From the IMG/VR virus record IMGVR_UViG_3300029452_000005: DNA of 33,567 nt. One strand, 5' to 3'. The DNA comes from a virus. Of this stretch, positions 32,004 through 33,567 are shown in pieces (within the stretch, counting starts at the first letter, position 1; each line of letters begins with the position of its first letter). Both the position numbers and the translations under genes were made by a program. Under the pieces are notes generated by a model. It was not told the origin of the DNA, searched no databases, and saw only the letters and a list, made by a program, of their open reading frames with translations.

Positions 32004-33567
32004 TTACATAGTGCCTAAATCGTTCATAGGCGGCATAATTTGCGGTGTATTTTGAATGTTTGGTTGTTTACCTTTCAAGGCTAACCGTTCCGCCATGATT
32101 TGTTGTGGTGAAATCTGCACGCCTAATGTTTGTAGGTACATACTTAATGCTTCCGCTGGCATATCATCAAGCGAACCACTTACACGCAATTCTGGTAACG
32201 CTGGTTTTTCTGCCGCTTCTTGCATGCGTTTCTTAACCGTTTCTTTTTCTGGGAAATCCATGAAATCAAGGATAATATCCATAGGAATATCAACGCCGGA
32301 TTTCTTAGCTTCCAATAATTGGTAAAGGTTAGCACGTCTTGCCGTTGCGCTGGCTTGGCTAGTAGTAATTACAATATCAAAATCAAAGGCGGATAGATCA
32401 TATAGTACTTGTTTAATCGGATTGCCTTCCGCATCACGCTGCGGCTGCCCTAGTGCATCAGTTAAAATCTGTTCTTGCATAGGTTGATTTAAACCCGGTG
32501 CAATCTGTACAAATTCCTTTTGCCCGTCGTCGCCCATAATTCGCATTGCTTTTTCTTGGTTGTAGAATTGCGGAATTAACCCCGGCGCGTTCTTTTCACC
32601 CCATAGCAATTTGACAATTTGGCGTTCTGCTTCTTTTGACTGTTCAAAGATACCAGCCGTTTGTACCGTTGTTACAGATTGCCGCAAGTCGATTGCCTTG
32701 CCACTCATAGCGCCAACGCTACCGGATAGACTTTCCGGAGTGATACCGCTAATAGAATAGAAATCATTGCTTGATTGTTGCTCAAGGCTGATATTAATAC
32801 CGCTATCCATTGCCGGCGTACCGTCCATAAAGGAAACGCCCGGCGGTAGGAATATATTTGCGCCCGGTTTTGTACTATCATTCTTGATAGTTTTCTTTAA
32901 TTGTTCCGTGAATTGACCTTGCCAGAATTTCACACCTAAAGATTGTTGATTAACAACGTGCATGCGTTGGCTTCGGTTTTTATTCAATTCCCTTTGTGCG
33001 TCTTTAATATCACGCACTACGCCAGCTGGTTCTAGTTCATCGTCTACCAATTCGCCGGTATAGTAACAATATTCACGCACCAGCGGAAATTTACCATGCT
33101 TATAAGGGCTTTCGCCTTCTTCAAGTAGTACATTATCGGCAAATGTCGCATATCTGATTTTAGTATCTGGAATACTTGTAGGTTTCTTGCCTGTAGCCAA
33201 CAATACAACAAATAGCGGGTTAGTTTCATCAATTAAACCCTCTTTTGTCATGAATACGTTTCGTTTACCGTATTCTTTATACCAATACTGCACTACACGA
33301 ATTTTATTGTAGTTGTTGTTGTACCATAACGCTTCACCGTCTACCGTTTCAACTATGCCGGCTTCCTGTTCGGTATCATCGTATTTATGTTTAAGCGCAT
33401 CAATTTCATTTACTTTTTCCGGATATACTTGTTTTAGTTTAGCGGAGCTTTCCCAGCTATAACGTCCAACATATTGCGCATCGCTTAAATCGTCTTTCTT
33501 ACATTCCGGATCTACAAACGCATCAAACGGAGAAACACGTTCAATTTGAATAGTGCCGTCTAACTTC
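32004..33567 (-). CDS. Portal protein, C-terminal segment (continuation of the ORF starting at 515 on the other contig end)
   Basis: The frame is open from 33567 to the stop at 32004. My translation upstream of the track start is in frame (...DAQYVGRYSWESSAKLKQVYPEKVNEIDALKHKYDDTEQEAGIVETVDGEALWYNNNYNKIRVVQYWYKE...). The M in the track is an internal GTG. Confidence 0.85.
   Translation of the reverse strand, partial: KLDGTIQIERVSPFDAFVDPECKKDDLSDAQYVGRYSWESSAKLKQVYPEKVNEIDALKHKYDDTEQEAGIVETVDGEALWYNNNYNKIRVVQYWYKEYGKRNVFMTKEGLIDETNPLFVVLLATGKKPTSIPDTKIRYATFADNVLLEEGESPYKHGKFPLVREYCYYTGELVDDELEPAGVVRDIKDAQRELNKNRSQRMHVVNQQSLGVKFWQGQFTEQLKKTIKNDSTKPGANIFLPPGVSFMDGTPAMDSGINISLEQQSSNDFYSISGITPESLSGSVGAMSGKAIDLRQSVTTVQTAGIFEQSKEAERQIVKLLWGEKNAPGLIPQFYNQEKAMRIMGDDGQKEFVQIAPGLNQPMQEQILTDALGQPQRDAEGNPIKQVLYDLSAFDFDIVITTSQASATARRANLYQLLEAKKSGVDIPMDIILDFMDFPEKETVKKRMQEAAEKPALPELRVSGSLDDMPAEALSMYLQTLGVQISPQQIMAERLALKGKQPNIQNTPQIMPPMNDLGTM
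33469..33567. repeat. 99-bp terminal overlap identical to bases 1-99 (circular closure of the contig)
   Basis: Direct comparison shows both copies read ACATATTGCGCATCGCTTAAATCG...GTGCCGTCTAACTTC. The overlap lies inside the portal ORF. Confidence 0.9.

Noticed and set aside
1-33567. I looked for CRISPR arrays, tRNA/tmRNA genes, a diversity-generating retroelement (template/variable repeat pair near the fibre genes), retron-like elements, and recognisable defence systems or toxin-antitoxin pairs.
   Set aside because: I saw no regularly spaced repeat-spacer array and no T-loop-like GGTTCGAATCC-type segments or cloverleaf candidates in the intergenic regions. No reverse transcriptase ORF occurs anywhere in the complete genome. 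There are no large ATPase or nuclease defence-type genes. This visual scan cannot exclude short or degenerate elements, so tRNAscan-SE or Infernal runs would settle it.

Overview
The window is one complete temperate phage genome of about 40% GC. Bases 1-99 are identical to 33469-33567, so the unique length is 33,468 bp and the contig closes into a circle; the portal gene is split across the junction. Almost everything is on the minus strand. The exception is a plus-strand lysogeny cassette at 12631-14567: XRE/cI-like repressor, ImmA-like protein, small membrane protein and tyrosine integrase.

Modules in minus-strand transcription order:
- Switch region with three related 18-bp operators and a Cro-like gene.
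- Recombination module: Gp157-like, Rad52-like annealase, NinB-like, HNH.
- Replication module: replisome organizer with embedded 11-bp iterons, G39P-like loader, SSB.
- Small early genes: acidic protein, Cys-rich protein, HTH protein, orphan N6-adenine methyltransferase, RusA-like resolvase, dUTPase.
- DUF1492/LtrC-like late activator.
- A 510-bp non-coding leader.
- Packaging and head genes: terS, terL, portal, scaffold, N4-gp56-type major capsid protein.
- A P22-style tail: adaptor candidates, a 472-aa hub-like protein and a tail fibre. There is no tape measure, tube or sheath gene.
- Three large putative ejection proteins of 519, 553 and 1752 aa.
- Holin, GH25 endolysin, a membrane-anchored protein and a small moron next to the putative attP.

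Most notable observations:
- A degenerate Hint (intein-like) domain inside an N/Q-rich ejection-protein candidate.
- A 1752-aa polyvalent virion protein with a tail-lysozyme domain plus an HELGH zincin motif.
- Three tandem hairpin-containing repeats behind a terminator, directly upstream of the scaffold gene.
- An ImmA-like protein with HQxxH instead of HExxH.

Firmicute-type early genes are combined with a podovirus virion of the type seen on diderm hosts and an endolysin lacking a wall-binding domain. This suggests a Negativicutes-like host, but that is inference only. No tRNA, CRISPR array, reverse transcriptase or recognisable defence system was seen.
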